DNA of 37,543 nt. Origin: Candidatus Wolfebacteria bacterium. Lineage in GTDB: Bacteria > Patescibacteriota > Minisyncoccia > UBA6257 > UBA9933. Each line of letters opens with the position of its first letter. Position 1 is the first letter of the stretch. Of this stretch, positions 26,264 to 35,860 are shown one piece after another. The stretch is from the NCBI GenBank assembly GCA_026394835.1, contig JAPLZW010000048.1, forward strand, positions 1 to 37,543, read 5' to 3'. A model generated the notes under the pieces. It searched no databases, was not told where the DNA came from, and was given only the letters and a program-made list of their open reading frames with translations. The position numbers and the translations under genes are program-made.

Positions 26264-26305
26264 CAATTAGTAATTAGTAATTAGAATCTAGTATTTGTAA
26301 TTGCT
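26264..26305. repeat. Heptamer tandem array, 6 units (42 nt), in the efp 5' leader / divergent promoter region
   Basis: caattag|taattag|taattag|aatctag|tatttgt|aattgct, beginning 6 nt upstream of the efp start at 26258. Confidence 0.8.
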
Positions 26306-26385
26306 GAATTGTAGCCCGAAAAGAGGTTTTTTGGCAATAGATTTCGCTTATTTAAAAAGCCTCTTTAATTTAATAGAATTAAAGG

Positions 26386-27042
26386 ATGGCAGAGGTATTT
26401 GGCGAAAAACCGAAAGAAAATATACCGACGGAAAGCCAAAAAGAGGGCTTATGGCGGCTAGCCGAAATTTTATCAATTTCAAGAAAAGACATTGAACCGA
26501 AGATAACGGCTCTGGAATCCCAACTGGCGGGAGATTTTTCAAAATTAAATCTTTATGAACGCCAAATCCGCCAAGAAAAAGAAAATAAGTATTGGCAGAT
26601 AAAAAAAGAAATTGAGAAGATGATGGATACGGAAAAAAGGATTGAAAATGTCCTCCTGGAAGTAGATGATGGGCAAAACCCGCAAGAAGAGATAGAGTCT
26701 CTGTTGGATTTACTAGCCTTGCTAGAGAAAAATAACAAAAAGCCCGGAGGGGGAATTTCAAAAAGAAAACAAAAAATCGCCGAAGAAAGAGCGACGACAG
26801 GCCAAGACCCCAGAAACACAGCCAGAGAAATGAATGCTAAATTTGAATTCAGTCCGGAAGGGAACAGAAGAACAACGGGCCAACACGCTTCGGGCGTAAA
26901 AAATCTTGGTAATGTTGACCCGATGACGGCGGCGGCAATTTTCTATCAAAAAACCGCCGATACCCACGGAGGTAAAGTTCCTCAAGGGAAAAAAGGAGTA
27001 GTCCGTGTCAGCGAAAGCGGAAAAATTATCAGGAAAGCTTAG
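26386..27042 (+). CDS. Hypothetical charged protein
   Basis: 218-aa ORF with a Lys/Glu-rich helical N-half and a Gly/Thr-rich C-half. No family recognised. Preferred over the hydrophobic low-complexity antisense ORF 26348..26761. Confidence 0.45.
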   Translation: MAEVFGEKPKENIPTESQKEGLWRLAEILSISRKDIEPKITALESQLAGDFSKLNLYERQIRQEKENKYWQIKKEIEKMMDTEKRIENVLLEVDDGQNPQEEIESLLDLLALLEKNNKKPGGGISKRKQKIAEERATTGQDPRNTAREMNAKFEFSPEGNRRTTGQHASGVKNLGNVDPMTAAAIFYQKTADTHGGKVPQGKKGVVRVSESGKIIRKA

Positions 27043-28401
27043 CTAGAATAATCTTTGCTGCTTCACTAAGTCCTTGGCTTTGATTTCGGCTTCGTTTAAG
27101 AAAATCATATGGCCGTATTCGCCATCATAGCCCGCGGGGTCAAATCTGATTTCCCCTTTTCTTATCGCCTCAATCCCCTTTACCACTTTTTCATGAACCT
27201 TGCCTTCCAAATCATTAATACCTGCCTCCATCAAAATATTGAACTCGCCTCCGAATTCTCTGATTAATTTATCGTATTCAACTTTCACTTTCTTGGAGGC
27301 AACCACCGTGCCCAGTGCTTTCGCAATCACTTCGTCCAGCGGCACCAAACTGTAATACGGAACGCGGTTTTCGTATTTATGGATATAGCCCTCGTCTTCC
27401 AGTTTGGGTAATGGCCTATCGGCTAATTCCTCCACGCGGTTTAAAACTCCGATCACAAGCGGCTTGCCGCACACAGGGCAAATACCGTTAATCTTTTTGG
27501 TTTCCGCGGGCTCCATATGGACATTGCAAAGCCTGTGGCCGTCTATGTGATATTTGCCTTCTTCGGGAAAGAATTCAATTGTTGCCACAAATTTTGGTTT
27601 CTCGTCTTTTCCGGCTGCCTTGCGTCTGTTCGGCGAACCGCTTTTTATAGCTTCAATAATCCCGCCATAAGAAAGTTCCGTATCAAAAATATTGGCCTCC
27701 CTGCCGATTCGGGGCAATGAATGCGAATCCGAGTTGGAAATTAAAGCCACGTTGTCCAGTTTTGAAAACCGCCAGTTCATCGCGGGATCGCTGGATAATC
27801 CGGTTTCAATCGCAAAAATGTATTGCGCGTATTCGCCGAAACATTCTTCAATGGAGTCAAATCCCGACATTGAGCCGAAAACCGAAAACCACGGCGTCCA
27901 GGCATGGGCCGGAATAATCACGGACTTGGGGTTCGCGTCCATCGCGATTTTCAGGATCTCGCGGCTATCAAGTCCCAGAATCGGCCGGCCGTCGGAGATG
28001 ATATTACCCGCCCAGCCCAGCTGGATATTTATTTTTTCCACGGTTTCCATATCCGGAGCGAATATCAGATTATGAACGCGATAGCCTCTTTTGATTCCGG
28101 TTTTGGGAGATACGCGCGAATATATGCTTGAGACTTCGGTTGTAAGAATAAAACGCGTTTGCGATTCGTCCCCGCGGATAGTCGGGCGCTTGAATTCTTT
28201 TTTTAATTTAAAAAGCCCGGGCTCAGCGGGCTCAAGCTTATTCTTGATTTCCTTAATCCAGGCGGGATGAGTGAAGTCACCGGTCGTCATTACGTCCATG
28301 CCTTTATCGTGCGCCCAGCGGTCAAGTTCCTCCAAGGTCATCTGGGGGCTCGTGGCGCGGCTGTATTTGGAATGAATATGCAGGTCGGCGATGAATTTCA
28401 T
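27043..28401 (-). CDS. PHP-domain endonuclease Q (EndoQ)-like protein
   Basis: MKFIADLHIHSKYSRA PHP N-terminus, TGDFTHP, IPAHAWTPWFS, NSDSHS, and a CPVCGKPL zinc finger. Confidence 0.7.
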   Translation of the reverse strand: MKFIADLHIHSKYSRATSPQMTLEELDRWAHDKGMDVMTTGDFTHPAWIKEIKNKLEPAEPGLFKLKKEFKRPTIRGDESQTRFILTTEVSSIYSRVSPKTGIKRGYRVHNLIFAPDMETVEKINIQLGWAGNIISDGRPILGLDSREILKIAMDANPKSVIIPAHAWTPWFSVFGSMSGFDSIEECFGEYAQYIFAIETGLSSDPAMNWRFSKLDNVALISNSDSHSLPRIGREANIFDTELSYGGIIEAIKSGSPNRRKAAGKDEKPKFVATIEFFPEEGKYHIDGHRLCNVHMEPAETKKINGICPVCGKPLVIGVLNRVEELADRPLPKLEDEGYIHKYENRVPYYSLVPLDEVIAKALGTVVASKKVKVEYDKLIREFGGEFNILMEAGINDLEGKVHEKVVKGIEAIRKGEIRFDPAGYDGEYGHMIFLNEAEIKAKDLVKQQRLF

Positions 28402-28403
28402 AG

Positions 28404-28477
<74 letters not shown>

Positions 28478-28543
28478 GATAACAATTTTTATACCATAAT
28501 TCCGGGAAAAAGGCATCTTCCGTTTTTTATCCACATATATCCC

Positions 28544-28572
28544 TTGACATATACCCCCAGGGGGTATAGCTT
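28544..28572 (+). promoter_or_regulatory. csoR-copA promoter with an overlapping CsoR-type operator palindrome
   Basis: TTGACA at 28544..28549. A perfect 9-1-9 palindrome, TATACCCCC-A-GGGGGTATA, at 28550..28568 spans the spacer and the candidate -10 (TATAGC or TAGCTT). The ATG is at 28579. Confidence 0.7.
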
Positions 28573-28578
28573 ATCCTC

Positions 28579-28848
28579 ATGACCGATACCAATCACAAAT
28601 CAAAACTCCTCAGGCGGCTCAAAATCACCGAGGGGCAAATCAGAGGACTCGAAGATATGGTAGAAAAAGACCTCTATTGTATCAATATTATCACCCAGAT
28701 TTCCGCGGTGAAAAACGCGCTCTCAAGCATTGAAGACGCGATATTGGAGAACCACCTCGCAACCTGCGCTATAGACCAAATTCGCTCCGGCAAAATCGAA
28801 AAAGCCAAAAAAGAAATCCTTAAAGTTTACCGCCTTAAAAGAAAATAA
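28579..28848 (+). CDS. csoR: CsoR-family copper-sensing transcriptional repressor
   Basis: 89 aa. RLKITEGQIRGLEDMV, a Cys in LYCINII, and an ENHLATC His/Cys pair. Together these form the C-H-C Cu(I) ligand pattern. Confidence 0.85.
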   Translation: MTDTNHKSKLLRRLKITEGQIRGLEDMVEKDLYCINIITQISAVKNALSSIEDAILENHLATCAIDQIRSGKIEKAKKEILKVYRLKRK

Positions 28849-28849
28849 A

Positions 28850-31105
28850 ATGAAAACAGTATTCCAAATAAAAGGCATGAGCTGCGCCTCTTGCGCCAGC
28901 GCGATTGAACGGGCCGTAAAAAAGGTGGCGGGAGTAGTCGGCGCCAATGTCAATTTCGCGTCGGAAAAACTTTTTGTGGATTACGAAGGCGAATTAGACA
29001 GCAAATCATTGGTGGAAGCCGTGCGGAAAACCGGCTACGAAGCCATTTCAAACGATATGAATATGCCGATGGGCCACGACATGTCAACGGAACACGACCA
29101 CGCCAAAGCCGAAAGCGACGCCGAAATAAAAACCCTTAAAAATAAGCTTACATTCGGAATTTTTGCTTCCGTCATAGCGATAATCCTGAGCTTCGGCGGT
29201 TCTTACATTTCTTTTATCCCGAAAAATTTGGCGTTGCTTACGCTGTTGGTTTTCGCCACGCCGGTGGAATTTTGGGTTGGCAGGCAATTTTGGCGGGGAG
29301 CTTATTTCGAATTTAAAAATTTAAGGCCGGGCATGGACAGCCTGGTTGTTTTGGGCACGGGCGCCGCCTATTTTTTCAGCCTGATTATCGCTTTGGCGAA
29401 TTTGGTGCCGGAGCTAAGCCTTGTTTCGCTTCTTAAATTTGAACCATATTTTGACGTGGCGGTTGTTGTCACGGTTTTTATAATTCTCGGCAAATATCTT
29501 GAAGCTAGAGCCAAAGGCTCGGCCTCCGAAGCGATTAAAAAGTTATTAAAGCTCCAGGCAAAAACCGCCCATCTTGTCGGCGCGGATGGAGATACCAAGG
29601 ATATAGAAATAACCGCAGTAAAAATAGGGGACGTTCTATTCATAAAACAAGGCGAAAAAATACCCGTTGACGGAGTTATCGCGGAAGGCGCGGGCTCAAT
29701 CGACGAATCAATGGTCACCGGCGAATCGCTTCCAATAGACAAGAAAGCTGGAGATAAAGTCATCGGCGCCACTATCCTTAAAAGCGGTTCGTTGCGAATG
29801 ATGGCCGTTAAAATCGGCAATGATACTTTCCTCGCCCAAATCATAAGAATCGTGGAAGAAGCCCAGGCCTCAAAAGCGCCCATCCAAAAACTGGCCGACC
29901 GGATAACACAGGTCTTTGTGCCTATCGTGATGACAATCGCGATTATTACTTTTATAACTTGGATGCTTTTCGGTCCCGAACCATGGCTTACTTACGCCTT
30001 GGTTAATTTCGTCGCGGTTCTTGTGGTTGCCTGTCCTTGCGCCTTGGGGTTAGCCACTCCGATCGCAGTCATCACAGGCACGGGCAAAGGAGCGCAAAAC
30101 GGCATCATTATCAGAAACGCCCAATCACTGGAATTCGCCGGCAGGATAAACACCGTTGTCCTTGATAAGACCGGAACCATAACCAAAGGCGAACCATCAG
30201 TTACGCAAGTGATTCCGCTTTCCGATTTGAAAACCGAAGAAATTATTTCCATCGCCGCATCTCTCGGAAACAATTCCACCCATCCGTTATCCGCCGCAGT
30301 CCTGAAAGAAGCGCAATCAAAAAAAATCTCTTTAAATAAAATAATGGATTTTAAAGAAATAGCCGGAAAGGGAATTAAAGGAAAAATAAACGATAAAGAG
30401 TATTTCTTCGGTAATAAAAAACTTCTGGCGGACGAAAATATCCCGATAAACAATGAGGCGCTTTCCAAGAGCGAAGAATACGAAAGCCGGGGAGAAACTA
30501 CACTCTTCCTTTCTGATAATAAAAATGTTTTGGGAATGATAATGGTTGCCGACACGCTTAAGGATTCCGCCAGAGAAACCGTAGCCAAGCTGGAGGGCAT
30601 GGGAATTGAGGTTTGGATGCTGACCGGCGACAACGAAAAAACCGCGAGGGCGATAGCGGAAAAAGTCGGCATCAAAAATGTGCTGGCTTCGGTTTTGCCC
30701 GAAGAAAAATCAAAAAAGGTGAAAGATCTGCAGGAAAAAGGGAAAATCGTGGCTATGGTCGGAGATGGCGTGAATGACGCGCCGGCCCTCACACAGGCGA
30801 ACATCGGAATCGCCATCGGCACGGGAACGGATATCGCCATTGAATCGGCCGGCATCACATTATCGTCCGGCGACCCGATGGGAATCTATAAATCCATACT
30901 GCTTTCAAGAAACACACTGAAGAATATCAAGCAAAATCTTTTTTGGGCTTACGCCTATAACACCGCCTTGATACCGGTTGCGGCCGGAGTTTTATATCCC
31001 CTCTCCCACACGCTTTTGAACCCGATGCTTGCCGGAGCGGCGATGGCTTTTAGTTCTTTGTCTGTGGTCTTAAACTCGTTAAGATTGAAAAATATTAAAT
31101 TCTAA
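28850..31105 (+). CDS. copA: Copper-translocating P1B-type ATPase
   Basis: HMA domain GMSCASCASAIE, the TM CPC motif (VVACPCALGLATP), DKTGTIT, and GDGVNDAPAL. Confidence 0.95.
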   Translation: MKTVFQIKGMSCASCASAIERAVKKVAGVVGANVNFASEKLFVDYEGELDSKSLVEAVRKTGYEAISNDMNMPMGHDMSTEHDHAKAESDAEIKTLKNKLTFGIFASVIAIILSFGGSYISFIPKNLALLTLLVFATPVEFWVGRQFWRGAYFEFKNLRPGMDSLVVLGTGAAYFFSLIIALANLVPELSLVSLLKFEPYFDVAVVVTVFIILGKYLEARAKGSASEAIKKLLKLQAKTAHLVGADGDTKDIEITAVKIGDVLFIKQGEKIPVDGVIAEGAGSIDESMVTGESLPIDKKAGDKVIGATILKSGSLRMMAVKIGNDTFLAQIIRIVEEAQASKAPIQKLADRITQVFVPIVMTIAIITFITWMLFGPEPWLTYALVNFVAVLVVACPCALGLATPIAVITGTGKGAQNGIIIRNAQSLEFAGRINTVVLDKTGTITKGEPSVTQVIPLSDLKTEEIISIAASLGNNSTHPLSAAVLKEAQSKKISLNKIMDFKEIAGKGIKGKINDKEYFFGNKKLLADENIPINNEALSKSEEYESRGETTLFLSDNKNVLGMIMVADTLKDSARETVAKLEGMGIEVWMLTGDNEKTARAIAEKVGIKNVLASVLPEEKSKKVKDLQEKGKIVAMVGDGVNDAPALTQANIGIAIGTGTDIAIESAGITLSSGDPMGIYKSILLSRNTLKNIKQNLFWAYAYNTALIPVAAGVLYPLSHTLLNPMLAGAAMAFSSLSVVLNSLRLKNIKF

Positions 31106-31107
31106 TT

Positions 31108-32136
31108 ATGGATAACGCATCGCAAAAATATCTTTTTCACGCAAACGGCATGCATTGCCATTCCTGCGCGCTTTTAATAGAAGAGACTCTCTCGAAAGTT
31201 AGCGGAGTTTCAAATATTAAAGCGGTCCTTGGCAACAACACGGTAAAAATTGAAGGTGATTTTAAGGGCGCAAATGCCGAAGCGATTGCCGAAGAATTAA
31301 GCCGGCATATAAAGCCCCACGGCTACACATTATCAATGGAAAAGCAAAAAAAATCCATGGAACTTTCTGATTTTTACTACGCCATTCCAGCCGCGATGGT
31401 TTTTCTCGCGATTTTTTATTCTCTTCAAAAGATCGGTTTTGTTAATTTTGTAAACGCGCCAACAGGAAGTCTTTTAGTTCCGTTTCTTATCGGACTTGTA
31501 GCCTCGGTCTCAACCTGCCTCGCGATTGTGGGCGGCCTCACCCTTTCTATCTCGGCGAATTACGCCAAAACCGGAGAGAGGTGGAAACCCCAGACCCTTT
31601 TTCATGCCGGAAGAATGGGAGGATTTTTTATTTTGGGAGGCATCGTGGGAGCGCTTGGTTCGGGATTGCGGGCAAATTCAGAATTCAGCTTCATCCTAAA
31701 TCTTATTGTCAGCATTGTAATGGTAATTCTGGGCATTAATCTTTTAGACATATTTCATTCAGTAAAAAAATTCAGCGTCACGATGCCCAAAAGCATTTCC
31801 CGGCTCGTAATGAAACACAGAACAATCTCAACCGCCATCGCTCCCGCCCTTATCGGCGCGGGAACGTTTTTTCTTCCTTGCGGGTTCACTCAATCTATGC
31901 AGCTCTATGCGCTTTCTTCGGGCAGCTTCGTGAGGGGCGGGCTTATAATGCTCCTCTTCAGTCTCGGCACCTTGCCTGTCCTGGCTCTCATATCATTCGG
32001 GTTCGCCGGCATCAAAAAGGAGTATTCCTCCGTATTAATGAAAGCCGCCGGCATCGTGGTCATAGTCTTGGCGCTCTACAGCTTCCAGGCTATTCTAGCC
32101 GCGAACGGGATAATTAATCCGATTTTTACTTTTTAA
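31108..32136 (+). CDS. HMA-domain protein fused to a TauE/SafE-like polytopic membrane domain
   Basis: N-terminal NGMHCHSCALLIEETL (CxxC) followed by about 6-7 TM segments. Confidence 0.65.
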   Translation: MDNASQKYLFHANGMHCHSCALLIEETLSKVSGVSNIKAVLGNNTVKIEGDFKGANAEAIAEELSRHIKPHGYTLSMEKQKKSMELSDFYYAIPAAMVFLAIFYSLQKIGFVNFVNAPTGSLLVPFLIGLVASVSTCLAIVGGLTLSISANYAKTGERWKPQTLFHAGRMGGFFILGGIVGALGSGLRANSEFSFILNLIVSIVMVILGINLLDIFHSVKKFSVTMPKSISRLVMKHRTISTAIAPALIGAGTFFLPCGFTQSMQLYALSSGSFVRGGLIMLLFSLGTLPVLALISFGFAGIKKEYSSVLMKAAGIVVIVLALYSFQAILAANGIINPIFTF

Positions 32137-32138
32137 AT

Positions 32139-32552
32139 ATGGATAAAAAAATCATTTGGGCAATTATAATGGCAGGAGGAATAATCGGCGGAGCGATAAT
32201 ATTCACCTCCGGCAACCCGGCAACCAACAACGCCGCGAACGCGGTAACAGGAGAATCTATTTCCAATATTAATATTGACGCGACCGGCAATCAGATCATT
32301 GAAATTTCGGCGAAAGGCGGATATTCACCGAGAGAAACTTTGGCCAAGGCCGGCGTGCCAACTGTCATAAAAATCAGAACCAACAATACCTTCGACTGTT
32401 CTTCCATCATCAGAATTCCAAGTATGAATTACCAAACAGCCCTGCCTACGACAGGAGAAACATCCATCAATATTCCCCCGCAGCAAAAAGGAACCGTCCT
32501 AAACGCGTTCTGCGGAATGGGAATGTACAGGTTTGAGATAAGGTTTGATTAG
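32139..32552 (+). CDS. Membrane-anchored cupredoxin-like domain protein
   Basis: N-terminal TM segment, then a ~90-aa beta domain ending in NAFCGMGMYRFEIRF (Cys/Met-rich). Last gene of the copper operon. Confidence 0.55.
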   Translation: MDKKIIWAIIMAGGIIGGAIIFTSGNPATNNAANAVTGESISNINIDATGNQIIEISAKGGYSPRETLAKAGVPTVIKIRTNNTFDCSSIIRIPSMNYQTALPTTGETSINIPPQQKGTVLNAFCGMGMYRFEIRFD

Positions 32553-32556
32553 CGGG

Positions 32557-32628
32557 TGGGCGTGGATGGGATCGGACCATCGACTTCCGCTTTATAAGAG
32601 CGGCGTTCTACCACTGAACTACACGCCC
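32557..32628 (-). tRNA. tRNA-Ile with anticodon TAT (UAU)
   Basis: Minus-strand read GGGCGTG TA GTTC AGTGGTA GAAC G CCGCT CTTATAA AGCGG AAGTC GATGG TCCGATC CCATC CACGCCC A. The four-arm cloverleaf is clean. The anticodon-loop centre is TAT. The T-loop reads TCC where TTC is usual. Confidence 0.8.
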
Positions 32629-32697
32629 CACATACCGTAAATCTAAAACAAAAATCCCCGCGAATCAAATCGCCAAATCCCAATCCGTGACCATTAA

Positions 32698-32732
32698 ATT
32701 CTAGATTCTATTTTCTATTTACTAGATTCTAA
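32698..32732. repeat. Heptamer tandem array, 5 units, at the 3' end of ftsH
   Basis: attctag|attctat|tttctat|ttactag|attctaa. The last unit contains the ftsH stop codon (32729..32731). Confidence 0.8.
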
Positions 32733-34564
32733 ACTACGAGCGGCCTCAGCTTAAAAGCATCCACTATCTTTTTAAATTCTTCCTGCTCAAGAGTTTCTTT
32801 TTCCATCAATTTATCGGCAATGGCTTTCAATACATTTCCGCGCGAAGTGATAATTTTCCGCGTTGCCCTCAAAGCCCTCTGGATAAAAGCCGTGACCTCC
32901 GCGTCAATCTCCGAAGCGATCCTTTCAGAATAATTTTTCTGCGTTGTCAGCTCCCTTCCCAGAAAAACCATTTCTTCTGTTTTGCCGTAAGTTACGGGCC
33001 CCATTTTTTCGCTCATCCCGTACCTCGTGACCAGGCTCCGAGCCAAGTCCGACGCAACCTGCAAATCATTGGAAGCGCCGGTTGAGATATCTTTGAAATT
33101 AATTCCTTCGGAAACATAACCCCCGAGAAGAATCGCGAGATCGTTCAAGAATTGCGATTTGGTCCGCAGATGGGTTTCTTCAAGCGGCAGTTTTAATGTA
33201 TAGCCTCCGGCCCTGCCGCGAGCCACAATCGAAACTTTGTGGACGGGGTCAGAGCCTTTGAGGCTCGCCGTGACCAAAGCATGCCCGGCTTCATGATAAG
33301 CGGTAATTTCTTTTTCTTTATTTGATAATGCCCTGCTTCTCCGTTCCGGCCCCAGTAAAACTTTTTCAACGGACTCCAAGATATCCTGCTGATTAATTTC
33401 TTTTTGGTTTTTCCGGGCTGCCAGAATCGCCGCTTCGTTCATCAGGTTAGCGAGATCGGCCCCGGAAAATCCCGGCGTGCGCTCTGCGACTTTCCTTAAA
33501 TTCATATCCTTTGCCAATAATTTTCCTTTGCTGTGGATTTTTAAAACTTCTTCGCGGTCATTGATGTCGGGCAGTTCCAATATCACCCGGCGGTCAAAAC
33601 GTCCGGGCCGGAGCAAAGCCGCGTCCAAAACATCAGGCCTGTTGGTTGCCGCGACCACAATTACTTTCGTATCTCTCTCAAAGCCGTCCATTTCAACCAA
33701 AATCTGGTTTAGTGTCTGTTCTCTCTCGTCATGCCCGCCGCCGATGCCGGCGCCGCGCTCGCGGCCGATAGCGTCAATTTCATCAATAAAAATGATACAA
33801 GGAGCGGCGCGTTTCGCCGTATCAAACAAGTCCCGCACCCGGCTTGAGCCCACACCCACGAACATTTCCACGAATTCCGAGCCCGACATATGGAAAAACG
33901 GCACATTGCCTTCGCCGGCAATCGCCCGCGCAAGCAAGGTTTTACCCGTGCCCGGACTGCCTAAAAGCAAAACACCTCTCGGAATCCGCGCGCCGATATC
34001 CAGATATTTCTTTGGATTTTTCAAAAAATCCACAACTTCAATCAGCTCTTGCTTCGCTTCTTTTAATCCCGCCACATCCGAAAACATCACCCGGTCTTTG
34101 AAATGGGTGAAAAGTTTTATATTGGCCTTGCCGAAAGTGAATGCCTGGCTCATGCCGGTTTTCGCCTGCCGGAACATTATCCAGAAAAAGAATCCGATGA
34201 TTATAAGAGGCAGGATGGAAGGAATCAGAATACTCATCCAGTAGCTCCAGCCCGAATCGCTCTGGACGTCGAAATTCACTTTTTGGAGCGCATCATTAGA
34301 AACACCATAACTCTTCAGGGTTTCAATAAGCCCGGTTTCGGCTTCCTTGGTTGAAACCGCTTCCGAGTTATCTTTCAAATGAATATCAACGTTCGTGCCG
34401 CTGACCGTAATTTTAGAAACCTGGTTGGCGTTTATTTTTTGCGCCACTTGGTCGATCGTAAGGACCTGCGGTTTTTTCTGCTCGGAATAGAATATGGAAA
34501 ACGCGGTTGTTATCACGAGAAAAGTGATAACCGCCCAGAGAATATTTTTGGTTAAAGTTTTCAT
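32729..34564 (-). CDS. ftsH: ATP-dependent zinc metalloprotease FtsH
   Basis: Two N-terminal TM segments, [11 protein letters not shown] Walker [10 protein letters not shown] Walker B, the HEAGHAL zinc motif, and a length of 611 aa. Confidence 0.96.
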   Translation of the reverse strand: MKTLTKNILWAVITFLVITTAFSIFYSEQKKPQVLTIDQVAQKINANQVSKITVSGTNVDIHLKDNSEAVSTKEAETGLIETLKSYGVSNDALQKVNFDVQSDSGWSYWMSILIPSILPLIIIGFFFWIMFRQAKTGMSQAFTFGKANIKLFTHFKDRVMFSDVAGLKEAKQELIEVVDFLKNPKKYLDIGARIPRGVLLLGSPGTGKTLLARAIAGEGNVPFFHMSGSEFVEMFVGVGSSRVRDLFDTAKRAAPCIIFIDEIDAIGRERGAGIGGGHDEREQTLNQILVEMDGFERDTKVIVVAATNRPDVLDAALLRPGRFDRRVILELPDINDREEVLKIHSKGKLLAKDMNLRKVAERTPGFSGADLANLMNEAAILAARKNQKEINQQDILESVEKVLLGPERRSRALSNKEKEITAYHEAGHALVTASLKGSDPVHKVSIVARGRAGGYTLKLPLEETHLRTKSQFLNDLAILLGGYVSEGINFKDISTGASNDLQVASDLARSLVTRYGMSEKMGPVTYGKTEEMVFLGRELTTQKNYSERIASEIDAEVTAFIQRALRATRKIITSRGNVLKAIADKLMEKETLEQEEFKKIVDAFKLRPLVV

Positions 34565-34730
34565 TTGTCTCTAAATAATACGATTTTAATATTTAAAAGA
34601 GATACGATGGCTGAATGACCAATACGATAAATTTTACCACAACCGCGAGCACCCGCCAAAATTTTTGCGGAGCAAAAAACTTAGGCGGGTAAGGTTTTCT
34701 TACTCCGACGCAAGGTCGGAGAGAAAGCCC

Positions 34731-35822
34731 TTACTTCTTAAGTTTAAGGATAATCCTTTTTTCTTCGGGCCTCAAAGATTCAATCGTGAATTGGTATTTT
34801 TTGTCGGGCTCAAGCTGCTTTTTCATTTCTTCAATGGAACCGAATTCGGAAACGTGGAGCAAGCCGTGGAAGTCGTTATCCAGGGAAATATACGCGCCGA
34901 ACGGATTGAATTTGTAAAGCTTACCCGAAACTTCCTCGCCTTCTTTGAATTTCTCTCCCGCTTTGTCCCACGGATTTTCTTTGAGAGCCTTCAGGGAAAG
35001 CGAAACCTGGCCGTCTTTAATGTCTATAATTTTAGCCTTGATGGCTTCGTCAACTTTCACGATTTCTTTCGGATTTTCTATAAGCTTATGGTCAAGCTCG
35101 GAGATATGAATCAAGCCTTCAATCGCCGGGTTGTCGGTGAACCTCACAAAAGCGCCGAAGTCAGCCACGCCCGAAACAATCACATCAACCAGGTCGCCGA
35201 CTTTGTAAGCGGCCACGAGTTCTTTCATGTTCTGGCCGATGGCCTCTTTTTCGGAAATGATTAATTTATTGAGACGCGGATTGAAATCAAGAATTTTCAC
35301 CTTCAATTCTTCACCCACGAGTTTTTTTAATTCTTCCAAAATTTTGGACTTGTCCGCATCTTGGACTCTCGGATAGTGGTTTGAAGCCAATTGCGAAACC
35401 GGCAAAAACGCTTTCATGCCGCTCATATCCGCGATTAAGCCGCCGCTGTTCGCGCCGGTGATTTTCAGGGTTATCGCCTCATTCGTATCCCTCGCGTCTT
35501 TAATTTCCTGCCAATTTTTCTGCCTGTGAGCTCCCGCCAAAGACAATTCCACGAGTCCTTCCTCGCCGTCCAAGTCCACTACTTTCGCGCTCACCGCCTG
35601 GCCCATTTCAAAATTCCTGATAAGGCTTTTGGCGTTCTGAAGCTCTATGCCGTAAACAATGCCGGTGCCGAATTTGCCCAAATCAAAATATACTTTGCGT
35701 CCGGTCCTTTTTAAAAGCTTGGCTTCCGCCAAATCTCCGGGCTTCAAAAACGAAATCAAGTCGGTTTCCGACTTAATCAGATTCGCCATAGGCGAGATGG
35801 TTTTTTTGGTTGTGATAATCAT
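34731..35822 (-). CDS. rpsA: 30S ribosomal protein S1 (four S1 domains)
   Basis: Repeated S1 OB-fold modules (GDLAEAKLL.., GQAVSAKVV.., GDLVDVIVSGVADFGAFVRF, GEEVSGKLYKFNPFGAYISL). Confidence 0.85.
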   Translation of the reverse strand: MIITTKKTISPMANLIKSETDLISFLKPGDLAEAKLLKRTGRKVYFDLGKFGTGIVYGIELQNAKSLIRNFEMGQAVSAKVVDLDGEEGLVELSLAGAHRQKNWQEIKDARDTNEAITLKITGANSGGLIADMSGMKAFLPVSQLASNHYPRVQDADKSKILEELKKLVGEELKVKILDFNPRLNKLIISEKEAIGQNMKELVAAYKVGDLVDVIVSGVADFGAFVRFTDNPAIEGLIHISELDHKLIENPKEIVKVDEAIKAKIIDIKDGQVSLSLKALKENPWDKAGEKFKEGEEVSGKLYKFNPFGAYISLDNDFHGLLHVSEFGSIEEMKKQLEPDKKYQFTIESLRPEEKRIILKLKK

Positions 35823-35832
35823 AGGTTTAAAA

Positions 35833-35860
35833 GTAGTTAGTAGATAGTAGTTAGTAGCTA
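35833..35860. repeat. Heptamer tandem array, 4 units, in the rpsA 5' leader
   Basis: gtagtta|gtagata|gtagtta|gtagcta, 11 nt upstream of the rpsA start at 35822. A second array of ctaatta x3 lies at 35885..35911. Confidence 0.85.

Noticed and set aside
26348-26761. 137-aa minus-strand ORF overlapping the 218-aa plus-strand ORF
   Set aside because: Its Phe/Leu/Ser-rich translation has no motif and it is the shorter of the two. The plus-strand ORF was kept, though only at moderate confidence.
29368-30858. Long minus-strand ORFs (171 and 288 aa) inside copA
   Set aside because: Antisense shadows of a gene with unambiguous P-type ATPase motifs, with low-complexity Ser/Ala/Ile-rich translations.
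33477-34244. 255-aa plus-strand ORF inside ftsH
   Set aside because: Antisense shadow ORF. FtsH motifs on the minus strand are unambiguous.
34665-35264. 199-aa plus-strand ORF overlapping rpsA
   Set aside because: Antisense to four clear S1 domains, with a Phe/Asn/Arg-rich low-complexity translation.
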